Source: Myxococcota bacterium (GTDB lineage Bacteria > Myxococcota_A > UBA9160 > UBA4427). Taken from it: a stretch of DNA of 64,000 nucleotides. The DNA is taken from assembly GCA_045106235.1 (NCBI GenBank), contig JBGCEJ010000021.1, forward strand, positions 20,893 to 84,892. The letters run 5' to 3'. Made by a program: the position numbers and the translations under genes. Below the pieces are notes generated by a model. The model did no database searches. It was not told where the DNA came from and saw only the letters and a list, made by a program, of their open reading frames with translations. The first letter of the stretch is position 1. Every line of letters starts with the position of its first letter. Shown in pieces: positions 9,802 through 19,262 of this stretch.

Positions 9802-10160
9802 TGGAATTGATTCGCGAAATCGCCGTTTGGGCCTTCCTTGTGGCCGGGAGCGTGTTCTGCGTGATCGGGGCGTTTGGTGTGATCCGGATGCCTGATTTCT
9901 ATACGCGCACGCATGCGGCGAGTATCACGGATACGTTAGGCGCGACGCTGATCCTTCTGGGCCTTGCGATCTACTCGGGGCCGAACCTTGTGACGGTGAA
10001 GCTTCTTGTGGTGCTTCTTTGTATCTACATCACGAGTCCGACGGCGGGGCATGCGCTGGTGAAGGCGGCGTATTCGCGGGGGCTCGACGCTCCGGATGTC
10101 GAAGAGGCGACGGGCGCTGCGCGCGCTCATCGAAACGCTTCGGCTGAGGAGGCGAACTAA
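9801..10160 (+). CDS. mrpG: monovalent cation/H+ antiporter subunit G
   Basis: 119 aa. 'GAFGVIRMPDFYTRTHAASITDTLG' is the MrpG/MnhG hallmark. Confidence 0.85.
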   Translation: MELIREIAVWAFLVAGSVFCVIGAFGVIRMPDFYTRTHAASITDTLGATLILLGLAIYSGPNLVTVKLLVVLLCIYITSPTAGHALVKAAYSRGLDAPDVEEATGAARAHRNASAEEAN

Positions 10161-10759
10161 TGGGCGAGCAGGTGATGGGGAGCATGATCGAGGCGCTCCT
10201 CTTCCTCTTTATGATCATCTTGGCGCTTTACATCGCGCGGCTGCGGAGTCTCTTTGCTGCGGCGATGCTCTTCGGAATTTTCAGCTTGATCTCCGCGGGC
10301 ATGCTGACTCTGATGGACGCTGTGGATGTCGCGTTTACGGAAGCGGCGGTCGGCGCTGGGATCTCGACGGTCCTTTTCTTGGGCGCGCTCGGGCTCACGA
10401 CTTCCGAAGAAACTCGGCCCTTGCATCATGCTTGGTCCGCGAAACTCGTCGTGATCGCGACGGGGTTGATGCTCGCCTACGGCACGCTCGATATGCCCGC
10501 CTACGGCGATCCGAACGCGCCCATTCATACCCACGTGGCGCCGCATTACCTGGTCGATTCGGTGGACGAGATCGGAATTCCGAACGTGGTGACCTCGGTC
10601 CTGGCGAGCTACCGCGGCTACGACACCTTTGGTGAGACGACGGTGGTCTTGACCGCAGCGGTCGGGGCGATTCTTCTGCTCGGCGGCGCGGTCGGCCGCG
10701 ATGATGAGGACGAAGAGGACGAAACGGGCAGAGGGCAGGACCGGGGGGCTTCCTCATGA
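10160..10759 (+). CDS. DUF4040 / MbhD-like membrane protein (equivalent to the MrpA C-terminal part)
   Basis: 199 aa. 'AVDVAFTEAAVGAGISTVLFLGAL' is the MbhD/DUF4040 pattern. It has an acidic tail (DDEDEEDE). Adjacent genes abut or overlap. Confidence 0.75.
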   Translation: MGEQVMGSMIEALLFLFMIILALYIARLRSLFAAAMLFGIFSLISAGMLTLMDAVDVAFTEAAVGAGISTVLFLGALGLTTSEETRPLHHAWSAKLVVIATGLMLAYGTLDMPAYGDPNAPIHTHVAPHYLVDSVDEIGIPNVVTSVLASYRGYDTFGETTVVLTAAVGAILLLGGAVGRDDEDEEDETGRGQDRGASS

Positions 10760-11232
10760 GCGACGCTTCTCAGCGAATGGAGCCGAGTGCGACGCCGATC
10801 AAGATGCGCGTCCGCGAGACGATTATTCTGCGCATCGTCGGCAAGGCCATGCTGCCTTTCATTCTCCTCTTCGCGCTTTACGTGCAGTTCCACGGCGATT
10901 ACGGACCGGGGGGCGGTTTTCAGGCCGGGGTGATTTTCGCGGCGGGTTTGATTTTGCATGCGCTGATCTACGGGCTCGACGAGCTTCGCCGCGCGGTGCC
11001 TCAGTTTGTCGTTGAGATTGGGATTGCGCTCGGCACGCTGATTTACGGGGGCGTTGGGATTTGGTCGATGCTCTCTGGTGGCACCTTTCTCGACTACGGC
11101 GTGTTGGATCATCACGATCCCTCGCATGGTCAGCATCTCGGCATTCTGCTCGTTGAGCTGGGCGTGGGCATCACAGTGACCTTTGTGATGGTCGGTATCT
11201 TTTATGCCTTCGCGGGGCGGTCGCGGCAATGA
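10756..11232 (+). CDS. mrpB: Na+/H+ antiporter subunit B (MnhB domain)
   Basis: 158 aa. 'LYVQFHGDYGPGGGFQAGVI' is the conserved MnhB-domain motif. 4-nt overlaps on both sides. Confidence 0.85.
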   Translation: MSDASQRMEPSATPIKMRVRETIILRIVGKAMLPFILLFALYVQFHGDYGPGGGFQAGVIFAAGLILHALIYGLDELRRAVPQFVVEIGIALGTLIYGGVGIWSMLSGGTFLDYGVLDHHDPSHGQHLGILLVELGVGITVTFVMVGIFYAFAGRSRQ

Positions 11233-11672
11233 ATGATCTGACGACGCAGCTGCTTGCCCATTGGAATTATCTCGCGGTGATCACGCTGATGATGATTGGT
11301 CTCTACATCGCGATTTCGCGGGGGAACCTCGTCAAGAAGGTCATGGGGATGAATGTCTTCCAGGCCTCGGTCATCCTGCTCTATGTCTCGATGGGGAAGG
11401 TGCGCGGCGGGACGGCGCCGATCCTGATCGATGGGGCCGAGGGGGTGGCGTACTCAAACCCGGTCCCTCATGTACTCATGCTGACGGCGATCGTTGTTGG
11501 CGTGGCGAGTACTGCTTTGGGGCTCGCCCTCGTTGTGCGCACGAAAGAGGCGTACGGCACGGTTGAAGAAGATGAGATCGTGGCCCTCGACCGTGAAGAG
11601 GATCTGAAAGAACTCTCGATCGAACGGGCGCAAGCGGGGCAGGGCGCAAAGCCGGCGGGAGGCGCTTCATGA
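11229..11672 (+). CDS. mrpC: cation:proton antiporter subunit C (NuoK-like)
   Basis: 147 aa with three predicted TM helices. 'NVFQASVILLYV' is NuoK/MrpC-like. Confidence 0.8.
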   Translation: MNDLTTQLLAHWNYLAVITLMMIGLYIAISRGNLVKKVMGMNVFQASVILLYVSMGKVRGGTAPILIDGAEGVAYSNPVPHVLMLTAIVVGVASTALGLALVVRTKEAYGTVEEDEIVALDREEDLKELSIERAQAGQGAKPAGGAS

Positions 11673-13174
11673 GCGCTGGCGCCGAGCACGCTCTCCATCT
11701 TCAAGATCATATGCCTGCGCTCCAGGTACTCGTGCCGCTCTTCGCGGCGCCGCTCTGCTTCCTTTTACGCAAGGAATCTCTGGTCAGCGCGCTGACCATT
11801 GCCGTCAGCGTGGCCTGCGTGGGCATCTCGATGAACCTGCTCGGGCAGGTCATGGGCGGCGAGGTCCTCGTTTACGAATTCGGCGGCTGGCCAAGGCCTT
11901 ATGGCATCGAATACCGCGTCGACATCACGAACGCCTTTGTGATGCTCGTGGTCTCTTCGCTCGCGGCTGTGGTCTTCGCTGCGGGGCCGGGACAGGCGCG
12001 CCGAGCGATTCCTGAAGGGCGTGAGTATCTCTTTTATGCCGCGGCTCTGCTTTGTCTGACGGGTCTGTTAGGCGTAACGATCACGGGGGATGTGTTCAAC
12101 GTCTTCGTCTTCATGGAGATCTCGTCGCTGTCCTCGTATATCCTGATCGCTCTGGGGCGAGAGCGCCGCGCGATCATGGCGGCTTTTTCCTACCTGATCA
12201 TGGGCACGATCGGCGCGACCTTCCTGCTGATCGGCATCGGTCTGATGTACCAGATGACCGGCACGCTGAATATGGTCGATATGGCCGAGCGCCTGCAGGC
12301 GGTGAATCAGACGCGGACGATCCTTGTGGCCCTCGCGTTCGTGGTCGTCGGCATCAGCATGAAGCTTGCGGTCTTCCCCCTGCATCAATGGCTGCCGAAT
12401 GCCTACAGCTTCGCGCCGCCCCTCGTCTCGGCCTTCCTCGCTTCGACCGCGACCAAGGTGGCCTACTACCTGCTAATCCGGTTCACGATCAGCATCTTCG
12501 GGCTGGCCTTCGTTTACGAAACCGTGGGCATCGACCAGATCCTGATGCCGCTCTCGGTCCTCGCCATGTTCGTGGGATCGGTCGCGGCGATCTACCAGAC
12601 TGATTTCAAGCGCGTCCTCGCCTATTCGAGTATCGCGCAGATCGGCTACATGACCCTCGGCCTCTCGCTGGCGACCGAAGCGGGCGTCGCCGCGGGCCTC
12701 ATGCATCTCTTCAATCATGCGCTGATGAAGGGCGCGCTCTTCCTCGTCGCGGCCTGCGTGACCTGGCGCATGGGTGGCACGAAGATCGCGGCGATGCGCG
12801 GCCTCGGACAAGTGATGCCCTTCACGATGGCGGCCTTCATCGTTGGCGGCCTCGCCTTGATCGGTGTTCCCGGAACCGTCGGCTTCGTCAGTAAATGGGC
12901 GCTGGTGAGCGCGGCGCTCGACCAGGGTGCGCTTTGGTTGGCGTTCTTGATCATGGCGAGTTCGGTTCTTGCGGTCGTGTATATCTGGCGCCTCGTTGAA
13001 GTCATTTACTTCGCTGAACCAGAGCAGGTCCTCGAGAAGAAAGACGCGCCTTTACGGCTGCTGATTCCGACTTGGATTCTCGCCGGGGCCTCGATCTATT
13101 TCGGCGTGTTCTCGGATTTCGCGGTCATCGTCTCCGAGCTGGCTTCCGCCCAGCTCTTCCAGGCAGGGATGTAG
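11669..13174 (+). CDS. mrpD: MrpD/NuoN-like proton-conducting antiporter subunit (copy 1)
   Basis: 501-aa polytopic protein. 'KLAVFPLHQWLPNAY' and 'AYSSIAQIGYM' are proton-antiporter (PF00361) motifs. ATGA overlap with mrpC. Confidence 0.85.
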   Translation: MSAGAEHALHLQDHMPALQVLVPLFAAPLCFLLRKESLVSALTIAVSVACVGISMNLLGQVMGGEVLVYEFGGWPRPYGIEYRVDITNAFVMLVVSSLAAVVFAAGPGQARRAIPEGREYLFYAAALLCLTGLLGVTITGDVFNVFVFMEISSLSSYILIALGRERRAIMAAFSYLIMGTIGATFLLIGIGLMYQMTGTLNMVDMAERLQAVNQTRTILVALAFVVVGISMKLAVFPLHQWLPNAYSFAPPLVSAFLASTATKVAYYLLIRFTISIFGLAFVYETVGIDQILMPLSVLAMFVGSVAAIYQTDFKRVLAYSSIAQIGYMTLGLSLATEAGVAAGLMHLFNHALMKGALFLVAACVTWRMGGTKIAAMRGLGQVMPFTMAAFIVGGLALIGVPGTVGFVSKWALVSAALDQGALWLAFLIMASSVLAVVYIWRLVEVIYFAEPEQVLEKKDAPLRLLIPTWILAGASIYFGVFSDFAVIVSELASAQLFQAGM

Positions 13175-13183
13175 GGCATCGGC

Positions 13184-14656
13184 ATGATGGAGCTCGACGC
13201 ACAGACGACCCCCATGCTTTGGGCGATGCTCCTGCCGCTGATCGGCGCGATCGGCGTTCAGCTCCTCGGGCGCATCCCGAACGCTCGGGATACCTGGACG
13301 ATCGTGATCGGTCTGCTGACGTTTGGATCGGTCACGCGGCTGATCGGCCCCGTGATGGACGGCGCGCGACCGGCGCTCCGCTTGCCCGAAATGATGCCCG
13401 GGTTAGGCCTCGGCTTCGAACTCGAGCCCTTAGGCCTGCTCTTCGCCCTCGTCGCCTCGGGTCTTTGGATCCTCACCTCGCTCTACGCCTTTGGCTACAT
13501 GCGCGGGCATGACGAGCCGAACCAGACGCGCTTCTTTACGTGTTTCGCCCTCGCGATCGCAGCCGCCCTCGGCATCGCCTTCGCAGGCGATCTCGTCACG
13601 CTCTTCCTCTTCTACGAGATCCTGACCTTCTCGACCTTCCCCCTCGTGACCCACGCGGGAACGGAAGCGGCCGTGAAAGCCGGGCGCCTCTATCTCGGCA
13701 TCCTCGTCACGACCTCGGTGTTATTCCTTCTACTTGCGATTCTCTGGACCGCGAGCCTTTCGGATTCGCTGCGCTTCACACCGGGCGGGATTCTCGACGG
13801 CAAGATCGACGGCCATGCCGCGATCCTGCTGCTCATGCTCTTCTCCTACGGTGTCGGCAAGGCCGCCCTGATGCCTTTCCATCGCTGGCTCCCCGCTGCG
13901 ATGGTCGCGCCCACGCCGGTCTCGGCGCTCCTCCACGCCGTCGCCGTCGTGAAGGCCGGCGTCTTCACCGTCCTGAAAATCGCGATCTACGTCTTCGGCA
14001 TCGATTTTCTCGCCCGAGACGGCATGTCCGAAATCTTGATGTGGGTCGCCGCGATCACGATCATCGCCGCCTCCATCCGCGCGCTGACCCTCGATAACCT
14101 GAAAGCGCGACTCGCCTACTCAACGATCAGTCAGCTCTCCTATATCGTGCTCGGCGCAGCGCTCGCGACTTCGGCCTCAGTCATGGGCGGCGGCATGCAT
14201 ATCCTGATGCATGCCCTCGGCAAGATCACACTCTTCTTCGTCGCCGGCGCGGTGTACGTAGTCGCCCACAAAACCGAAATCAGCCAGCTGAACGGCATGG
14301 GCCGCCGCATGCCGCTCACCTTCGGCGCCTTCTGCATCGCCTCTTTCAGCATTATCGGCCTTCCGCCCCTCGGCGGCGCCTGGAGTAAATGGTTCCTCGT
14401 GACGGGCGCCTTTGATGCGGGACAGTTCTGGATGGGCGCTGTGTTCATGGCGAGCTCCCTCTTTTCGATCGGCTACCTCATGCCCGTCGTGATTCGCGCA
14501 TTCTTCCGGCCTTTGCCGCCGGGCGAGGAAGAGGGCATCCGCGAGATCCCCCTTCTTATGTTGATTCCGATCTGCGCCACGGCGCTCGGATGTTTCGTGG
14601 TCTTCTTCTACGCCGATGCGGTCTACCGATTGCTCGCGCCCGCGATGGGACTATGA
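13184..14656 (+). CDS. mrpD: MrpD/NuoM-like proton-conducting antiporter subunit (copy 2)
   Basis: 490 aa. 'KAALMPFHRWLPAAMVAPTPVSALLHA' and 'AYSTISQLSYI' are PF00361 motifs. Confidence 0.85.
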   Translation: MMELDAQTTPMLWAMLLPLIGAIGVQLLGRIPNARDTWTIVIGLLTFGSVTRLIGPVMDGARPALRLPEMMPGLGLGFELEPLGLLFALVASGLWILTSLYAFGYMRGHDEPNQTRFFTCFALAIAAALGIAFAGDLVTLFLFYEILTFSTFPLVTHAGTEAAVKAGRLYLGILVTTSVLFLLLAILWTASLSDSLRFTPGGILDGKIDGHAAILLLMLFSYGVGKAALMPFHRWLPAAMVAPTPVSALLHAVAVVKAGVFTVLKIAIYVFGIDFLARDGMSEILMWVAAITIIAASIRALTLDNLKARLAYSTISQLSYIVLGAALATSASVMGGGMHILMHALGKITLFFVAGAVYVVAHKTEISQLNGMGRRMPLTFGAFCIASFSIIGLPPLGGAWSKWFLVTGAFDAGQFWMGAVFMASSLFSIGYLMPVVIRAFFRPLPPGEEEGIREIPLLMLIPICATALGCFVVFFYADAVYRLLAPAMGL

Positions 14657-14675
14657 AGCCCTTGAGGTCAATATC

Positions 14676-15029
14676 ATGAGCGCGCATAACACAGAGAACG
14701 AGAGCTCGGAGAGCGAGTACTGGCTCGACCAGCCTGAGAACGTGAATAAGCTGATCTACGCGCTGATTGCCGCGGCGGCCGCCGCCGTGTTCGCGGATCT
14801 CTTCTATCACAAGCACGCCTATTTTCACTTCATGGAGTACTTCGCCTTCGACGCCGCATTCGGCTTCGCGGCTTACGTCGGCCTTGTGACGACAGCGAAG
14901 GGCCTCCGCAAGCTCATCATGCGCGACGAAGATTATTACGGCGACCTCACGGCCCAGGCCGAAGCGGACGCTGCCGCTGCGGCCGCACCTTCGGGTGGCC
15001 ACGGAGACGAGGAGGGGCATCATGCCTGA
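14676..15029 (+). CDS. small two-TM protein of unknown function embedded in the mrp cluster
   Basis: ORF 14616..15029. Start at ATG 14676, with GAGG 8 nt upstream. Acidic N-terminus, two hydrophobic helices (LIYALIAAAAAAVFADLFY and FGFAAYVGLVTTA), His/acidic tail. Its 3' end overlaps the next gene by 8 nt. Confidence 0.6.
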   Translation: MSAHNTENESSESEYWLDQPENVNKLIYALIAAAAAAVFADLFYHKHAYFHFMEYFAFDAAFGFAAYVGLVTTAKGLRKLIMRDEDYYGDLTAQAEADAAAAAAPSGGHGDEEGHHA

Positions 15030-16734
15030 GTCCTTCCTGGATCTCCTGATCATGGGCGCGCCGCCCGGGCTTCTGCTCATGGTCGCGGTCGTCCCGATCG
15101 TCTTCCTGCCCCATCGCATCTCTCAGGGCCTGATGCTTTCGCTGCCCGTGATCGGGCTCTATCAGCTCCTCCAGATGCCGATCGATTTCAGCTACTCCGT
15201 CGAGATCTTCGATTTCAGCCTCGAAATCGTGCGCATCGACCGCCTCGCTCGGGTCTGGGGCGTCGTCTTTCATATCGCTGCCTTCTTAGGCGTTCTCTAC
15301 GCTGCGCATCAAAAGGACCGACTCCAAGCGGCTTCGTCCTTGATTTACGCAGGCGCCGCGATCGCCGCTGTTTTTGCGGGTGACCTCATCACGCTCTTTA
15401 TTTGGTGGGAGCTGACCGCGGTCTCCTCGGTCTTCCTCATCTGGGCAAGTCGAACGGAATCCGCCCTCCGCGCGGGTCAGCGCTACCTCATCATCCAGGT
15501 GCTCTCGGGCCTGCTTCTTCTCGCCGGCACGATCATGCTCTACCGCGAGTCGGGCTCGCTCACCTTCGAGCATATCGGCCTCGAATCCGTAGGCGGCTAT
15601 TTCGTCTTCATCGCCTTCGGCATCAAAGCGTGTTTCCCCCTTCTTCATGGCTGGATGAAGGACGCCTATCCCGAAGCCACTGTGACCGGCACGGTTTTCC
15701 TCTCCGGCTTCACCACCAAGCTCGCCATCTACGCCCTCGCGCGCGGCTACGCCGGAACCGATATCCTGATCCCGATCGGCGCGACCATGACCGCGTTCCC
15801 GATCTTCTTCGCCGTGATCGAAAACGATCTCCGACGCGTTCTGTCCTACAGCCTGAACAACCAGCTCGGCTTCATGGTCGTGGGCATCGGCATCGGCACG
15901 GAAATGGCCCTCAACGGCGCGGCCGCCCATGTCTTCGCCCACGTGATCTACAAGGCGCTCCTCTTCATGGCCATGGGCGCCGTCCTCTTCCGCGCCGGCA
16001 CGATCAAGGCCTCGGAACTCGGCGGCCTCTACAAGTCCATGCCCTGGACCGCCGCCTTCTGCATCATCGGCTCCCTCTCGATCTCGGGCTTCCCCCTCAC
16101 CAGCGGCTTCATCAGCAAGTCCATGGTGATCTCCGCCGCGGGCCACGAGCATCTGCTCCTCATCTCCATGGTCCTGCTCTTCGCCTCCGCCGGCGTCCTC
16201 GACCATTCGGGCATCAAGATTCCCTTCTTCTCCTTCTTCGCCCACGACTCGGGCAAGCGCGTCGAAGAAGCGCCGATCAATATGCGGATCGCGATGGGAC
16301 TCGCTGCCGCCCTTTGTATCGGCCTCGGCGTCTTTCCGGAATATCTCTATGCGATCCTGCCCTACCCGGTGGACTACGCGCCCTACACAACCGCGCATGT
16401 CGTGACGATGCTCCAGCTGCTCCTCTTCGCAGCGCTTGGCTTCGTCTTCATGTGGAAGATGGGCTGGTACCCGCCGGAACTGCGCAGCGTCGTGCTCGAC
16501 GTGGACTGGGTCTGGCGGCGGATGCTCCCGAAGACGGTCGGCGCGGTCGCCGCGGTTTGGATGACGGGACAGCGCGCCTTTCTCGGGGCCTGCGATGGCG
16601 CACGCGTTGCCGGCCTGGGCTTCGTCCGCTCGCATCTGAGCCCCTGGAGCCGGCTCGGCGAGCCGTGGCCGACCGGAGCGACGACGATTTGGGCGGCGGT
16701 CTTGCTGATGGCTTATTTGCTGATTGCGTACTGA
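15022..16734 (+). CDS. MrpA(N-terminal)/MrpD/NuoL-like proton-conducting antiporter subunit (copy 3)
   Basis: ORF 14995..16734. Start at ATG 15022, after GGAGGGG. 'KACFPLLHGWMKDAYPEATVTGTVFLS' and 'SYSLNNQLGFMV' are PF00361 motifs. Confidence 0.85.
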   Translation: MPESFLDLLIMGAPPGLLLMVAVVPIVFLPHRISQGLMLSLPVIGLYQLLQMPIDFSYSVEIFDFSLEIVRIDRLARVWGVVFHIAAFLGVLYAAHQKDRLQAASSLIYAGAAIAAVFAGDLITLFIWWELTAVSSVFLIWASRTESALRAGQRYLIIQVLSGLLLLAGTIMLYRESGSLTFEHIGLESVGGYFVFIAFGIKACFPLLHGWMKDAYPEATVTGTVFLSGFTTKLAIYALARGYAGTDILIPIGATMTAFPIFFAVIENDLRRVLSYSLNNQLGFMVVGIGIGTEMALNGAAAHVFAHVIYKALLFMAMGAVLFRAGTIKASELGGLYKSMPWTAAFCIIGSLSISGFPLTSGFISKSMVISAAGHEHLLLISMVLLFASAGVLDHSGIKIPFFSFFAHDSGKRVEEAPINMRIAMGLAAALCIGLGVFPEYLYAILPYPVDYAPYTTAHVVTMLQLLLFAALGFVFMWKMGWYPPELRSVVLDVDWVWRRMLPKTVGAVAAVWMTGQRAFLGACDGARVAGLGFVRSHLSPWSRLGEPWPTGATTIWAAVLLMAYLLIAY

Positions 16735-16840
16735 GCCTCGCCGGGGAACGGCCCGCGCGCACTAGCGCTTCGCCCCGCAATTCGGTCTCATACCAGCGGC
16801 GGCCGCGATCCACGCGCTCGCGCTGGAGAAGCCGAAGACC

Positions 16841-17650
16841 ATGCCCGATCTGCTCTATGAAAAACGCGATGGCGTCGCCATCCTGACCCTGAACCGACCC
16901 GAACGCCGAAACGCATTCAGTCCCGAACTTATGTGTCGGCTTGCGGAAGCCTGGGTGGATTTTCGCGACGATGATTCGCTCCGCGTGGCGATTCTGACCG
17001 GGACGGGGGATGTCTCGTTCTGCGCCGGGGGGGACCTCGGGCGTTTGCTTCCGCTCTTTACCGGCGCGCGCAAAGCCGAAGACGAGTGGGACCATAAGCT
17101 GATGGGCGATGTCGCGAATATTATGTCGACGGCGCTGCTCCGTCCCTTCGAGCTCTACAAGCCGATCGTCGCCGCGGTGAACGGCTACGCGCTTGCGGGT
17201 GGTTCGGAGATCCTGCAGTCGACGGATATCCGGGTCGCTTCGACGAACGCGAGCTTCGGTTTGTCCGAGGCGCAGCGTGGGCTCGTGCCCGGCGGCGGCT
17301 CTATGGTCCGGCTGCCTCGGCAGATTCCGTACTGCAAGGCGATGGAGATCCTGATGTTAGGGGACCGCATCTCCGCGGATGAGGCGCACCGGATTGGGTT
17401 CGTGAACGAAGTGGTCGAGCCTGATCAGCTTTTGCCGCGGGCGCTTGAGATTGCGGACCGACTTGTGAAGAACGCACCGCTTGCTTTGCAGGCGATCAAG
17501 GAGGCGGTGATCCGGACGAGTGGGGTCGAGCTCGACGAGGCGTACCGGATCGAGCATGAACTCTCGGCGCGTGTCACGAGTTCCGCCGACGCCCGGGAGG
17601 GGCCGCGCGCGTTTATGGAAAAGCGCGAGCCGGTTTGGACGGGGAAGTAG
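16841..17650 (+). CDS. enoyl-CoA hydratase/isomerase (crotonase) family protein
   Basis: 269 aa. 'VAILTLNRPERRNAF', 'FCAGGDL' and 'NGYALAGGSE' are crotonase motifs. Confidence 0.88.
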   Translation: MPDLLYEKRDGVAILTLNRPERRNAFSPELMCRLAEAWVDFRDDDSLRVAILTGTGDVSFCAGGDLGRLLPLFTGARKAEDEWDHKLMGDVANIMSTALLRPFELYKPIVAAVNGYALAGGSEILQSTDIRVASTNASFGLSEAQRGLVPGGGSMVRLPRQIPYCKAMEILMLGDRISADEAHRIGFVNEVVEPDQLLPRALEIADRLVKNAPLALQAIKEAVIRTSGVELDEAYRIEHELSARVTSSADAREGPRAFMEKREPVWTGK

Positions 17651-17703
17651 GGGCGCCTCTGGCGGGAGGGAGATGACGGGGCAGAGAGCGAGAGCGCTGG
17701 GCG

Positions 17704-18372
17704 CTACTCGGCCTGGCGACGGGTCGCGGAGAGCCCCGCGAGGCCGAGCCCGAGAAGGAGGGCCGTGCCAGGCTCGGGCATCGGGATCGGGGAAATGAAA
17801 TACTCTAGGCCGATAGCCTGGGTTTCGACTCCGCCTTCGAGGATGACTGCGTCGCCCTCGTAGCTCGTTCCGATTTTCAGATGAATGCCCTCGCGGCTGA
17901 TTCTTCTGTACGTGACTCGGAACTGGGCATCGTGACCGCCGACGACCCCGTCGAGGCCTGGGTCGAGGGCCTGAGCGGTGGAAGGGAGGAGCCCGAAACC
18001 CGCAAGGATTTGGACGCGGGGGACGTTCGTTCCGATCGAACTCTCGACGAGCGTCCCGCCGACGATGTTGGTTAAGCCACTAAAGGCGCCAACACCAGGG
18101 ATGGCGACCCCGTGAAAAAGAGACGAAACGGCCTCACCCGATACGAATTCCAGAACCCCCTCATTCTGTGCGAAGACGGAAGCTCCGATTCCCCAAACCT
18201 CCTCGTCGTCCGCGGAGACGCGGATATCGATTGTGATCTCGTCGCCGAGACCGAAGGTTCCCAGCCTTGAGCCGTTGGTTGTGATTATGGACGCGCTGAA
18301 ACTGACCGCGCTGGCAGCAGGGGCCAGGAATAGGATTGCCGTCGCGAAGAGAAAGAGAATCTGGAAGCGCAT
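17704..18372 (-). CDS. PEP-CTERM sorting-domain secreted protein
   Basis: 222 aa with an N-terminal signal peptide (..LAPAASA). The C-terminus 'PMPEPGTALLLGLGLAGLSATRRQAE' is a PEP motif plus TM helix plus basic tail. Confidence 0.85.
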   Translation of the reverse strand: MRFQILFLFATAILFLAPAASAVSFSASIITTNGSRLGTFGLGDEITIDIRVSADDEEVWGIGASVFAQNEGVLEFVSGEAVSSLFHGVAIPGVGAFSGLTNIVGGTLVESSIGTNVPRVQILAGFGLLPSTAQALDPGLDGVVGGHDAQFRVTYRRISREGIHLKIGTSYEGDAVILEGGVETQAIGLEYFISPIPMPEPGTALLLGLGLAGLSATRRQAE

Positions 18373-18376
18373 GGAG

Positions 18377-18991
18377 TTAATCCTTCCGGCCCGTCGCGGA
18401 GAGCCCCGCGAGGCCTAAGCCGATCAGGATTGCCGAGTTGGGTTCTGGAATGGGGTCGTAGAAGAGGTCGTCGAAAAAGACGCCCGACATCGTGCCTTCG
18501 GTTTCGAGAACGGCGTAGCTGATGCCGGGCGCGAGTCCGGTTTCGATGATCAGGAAGCTTCCCGGATTATTGAAGGAATAGGGGCCAATCGAGCGCGTCG
18601 CGAGAAGCTGACCGCTCGCGTCAAAACCACGCAGCGTCACGGTTTCCTCGTCACCGCCGCCGTCGAAGGCGCGAATTCCGACCCGCTGTGCGGGGGCGAG
18701 GAAGTCGATCCGAATATCTGAGGTGTCACCGTAGCCGTTCGTGAAGCCGGCTCCGATCACGTAGGGGTAGTTGATCGTGTGGCCTTGTCCGTTCCAGACG
18801 ACGCCGTTCGGCGAGTCGGATGAGAACGTCACCCCGTAGGAAATCAGTTGATCTGTCAGGACGGTGGTTCTCGCTGGGGCCCCGAACGAAGGGCCAAAAT
18901 CGATCGAGAGCGCCGCGGCGGAAGTTGCGCATAGCAGGGCGGAGAGAAGAGCGGTGGTGAGGGCTAGGGCAAGAGACTCGGCGCTTCGCAT
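18377..18991 (-). CDS. PEP-CTERM sorting-domain secreted protein
   Basis: 204 aa with a signal peptide. The C-terminus is 'PIPEPNSAILIGLGLAGLSATGRKD'. Confidence 0.85.
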   Translation of the reverse strand: MRSAESLALALTTALLSALLCATSAAALSIDFGPSFGAPARTTVLTDQLISYGVTFSSDSPNGVVWNGQGHTINYPYVIGAGFTNGYGDTSDIRIDFLAPAQRVGIRAFDGGGDEETVTLRGFDASGQLLATRSIGPYSFNNPGSFLIIETGLAPGISYAVLETEGTMSGVFFDDLFYDPIPEPNSAILIGLGLAGLSATGRKD

Positions 18992-19262
18992 GGACTGTCC
19001 TTAGGCTCAGGGGACGTGGCTGCCCTTACTAAGGAAGTGACGATTTGTCGCTCGGCGTGTCAGTCTTTGAGGGGGATTAGGCCTGATTAAACCGCAGGAG
19101 CCCTGGAATTTCCGATCAGCACGATTCCCGGACGATAGAGGGCGGAATCGGGATTGCAGCCGGTCTTGCTTTGGATGAGTGCGCTCGCGCTGCTGGGCGC
19201 GCGGGGAGGCTCTAAGCGGGACCTTGCAGGGGACGGGGTCGGGAGCGAGCCGGTCGGCTCGC

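Noticed and set aside
15286-16886. 449-aa (- strand) and 494-aa (+ strand, alternative frame) ORFs over the third antiporter-subunit gene.
   Set aside because: Their translations are R/G/D/E/P-rich nonsense, whereas the 15022..16734 frame gives a polytopic protein with PF00361 motifs.
19245-19262. Hairpin GCGAGCC-GGTC-GGCTCGC just downstream of the CoA-transferase stop, as a possible terminator.
   Set aside because: It has a 7-bp stem but no U-tract on the relevant strand. Support is too weak to call a terminator.
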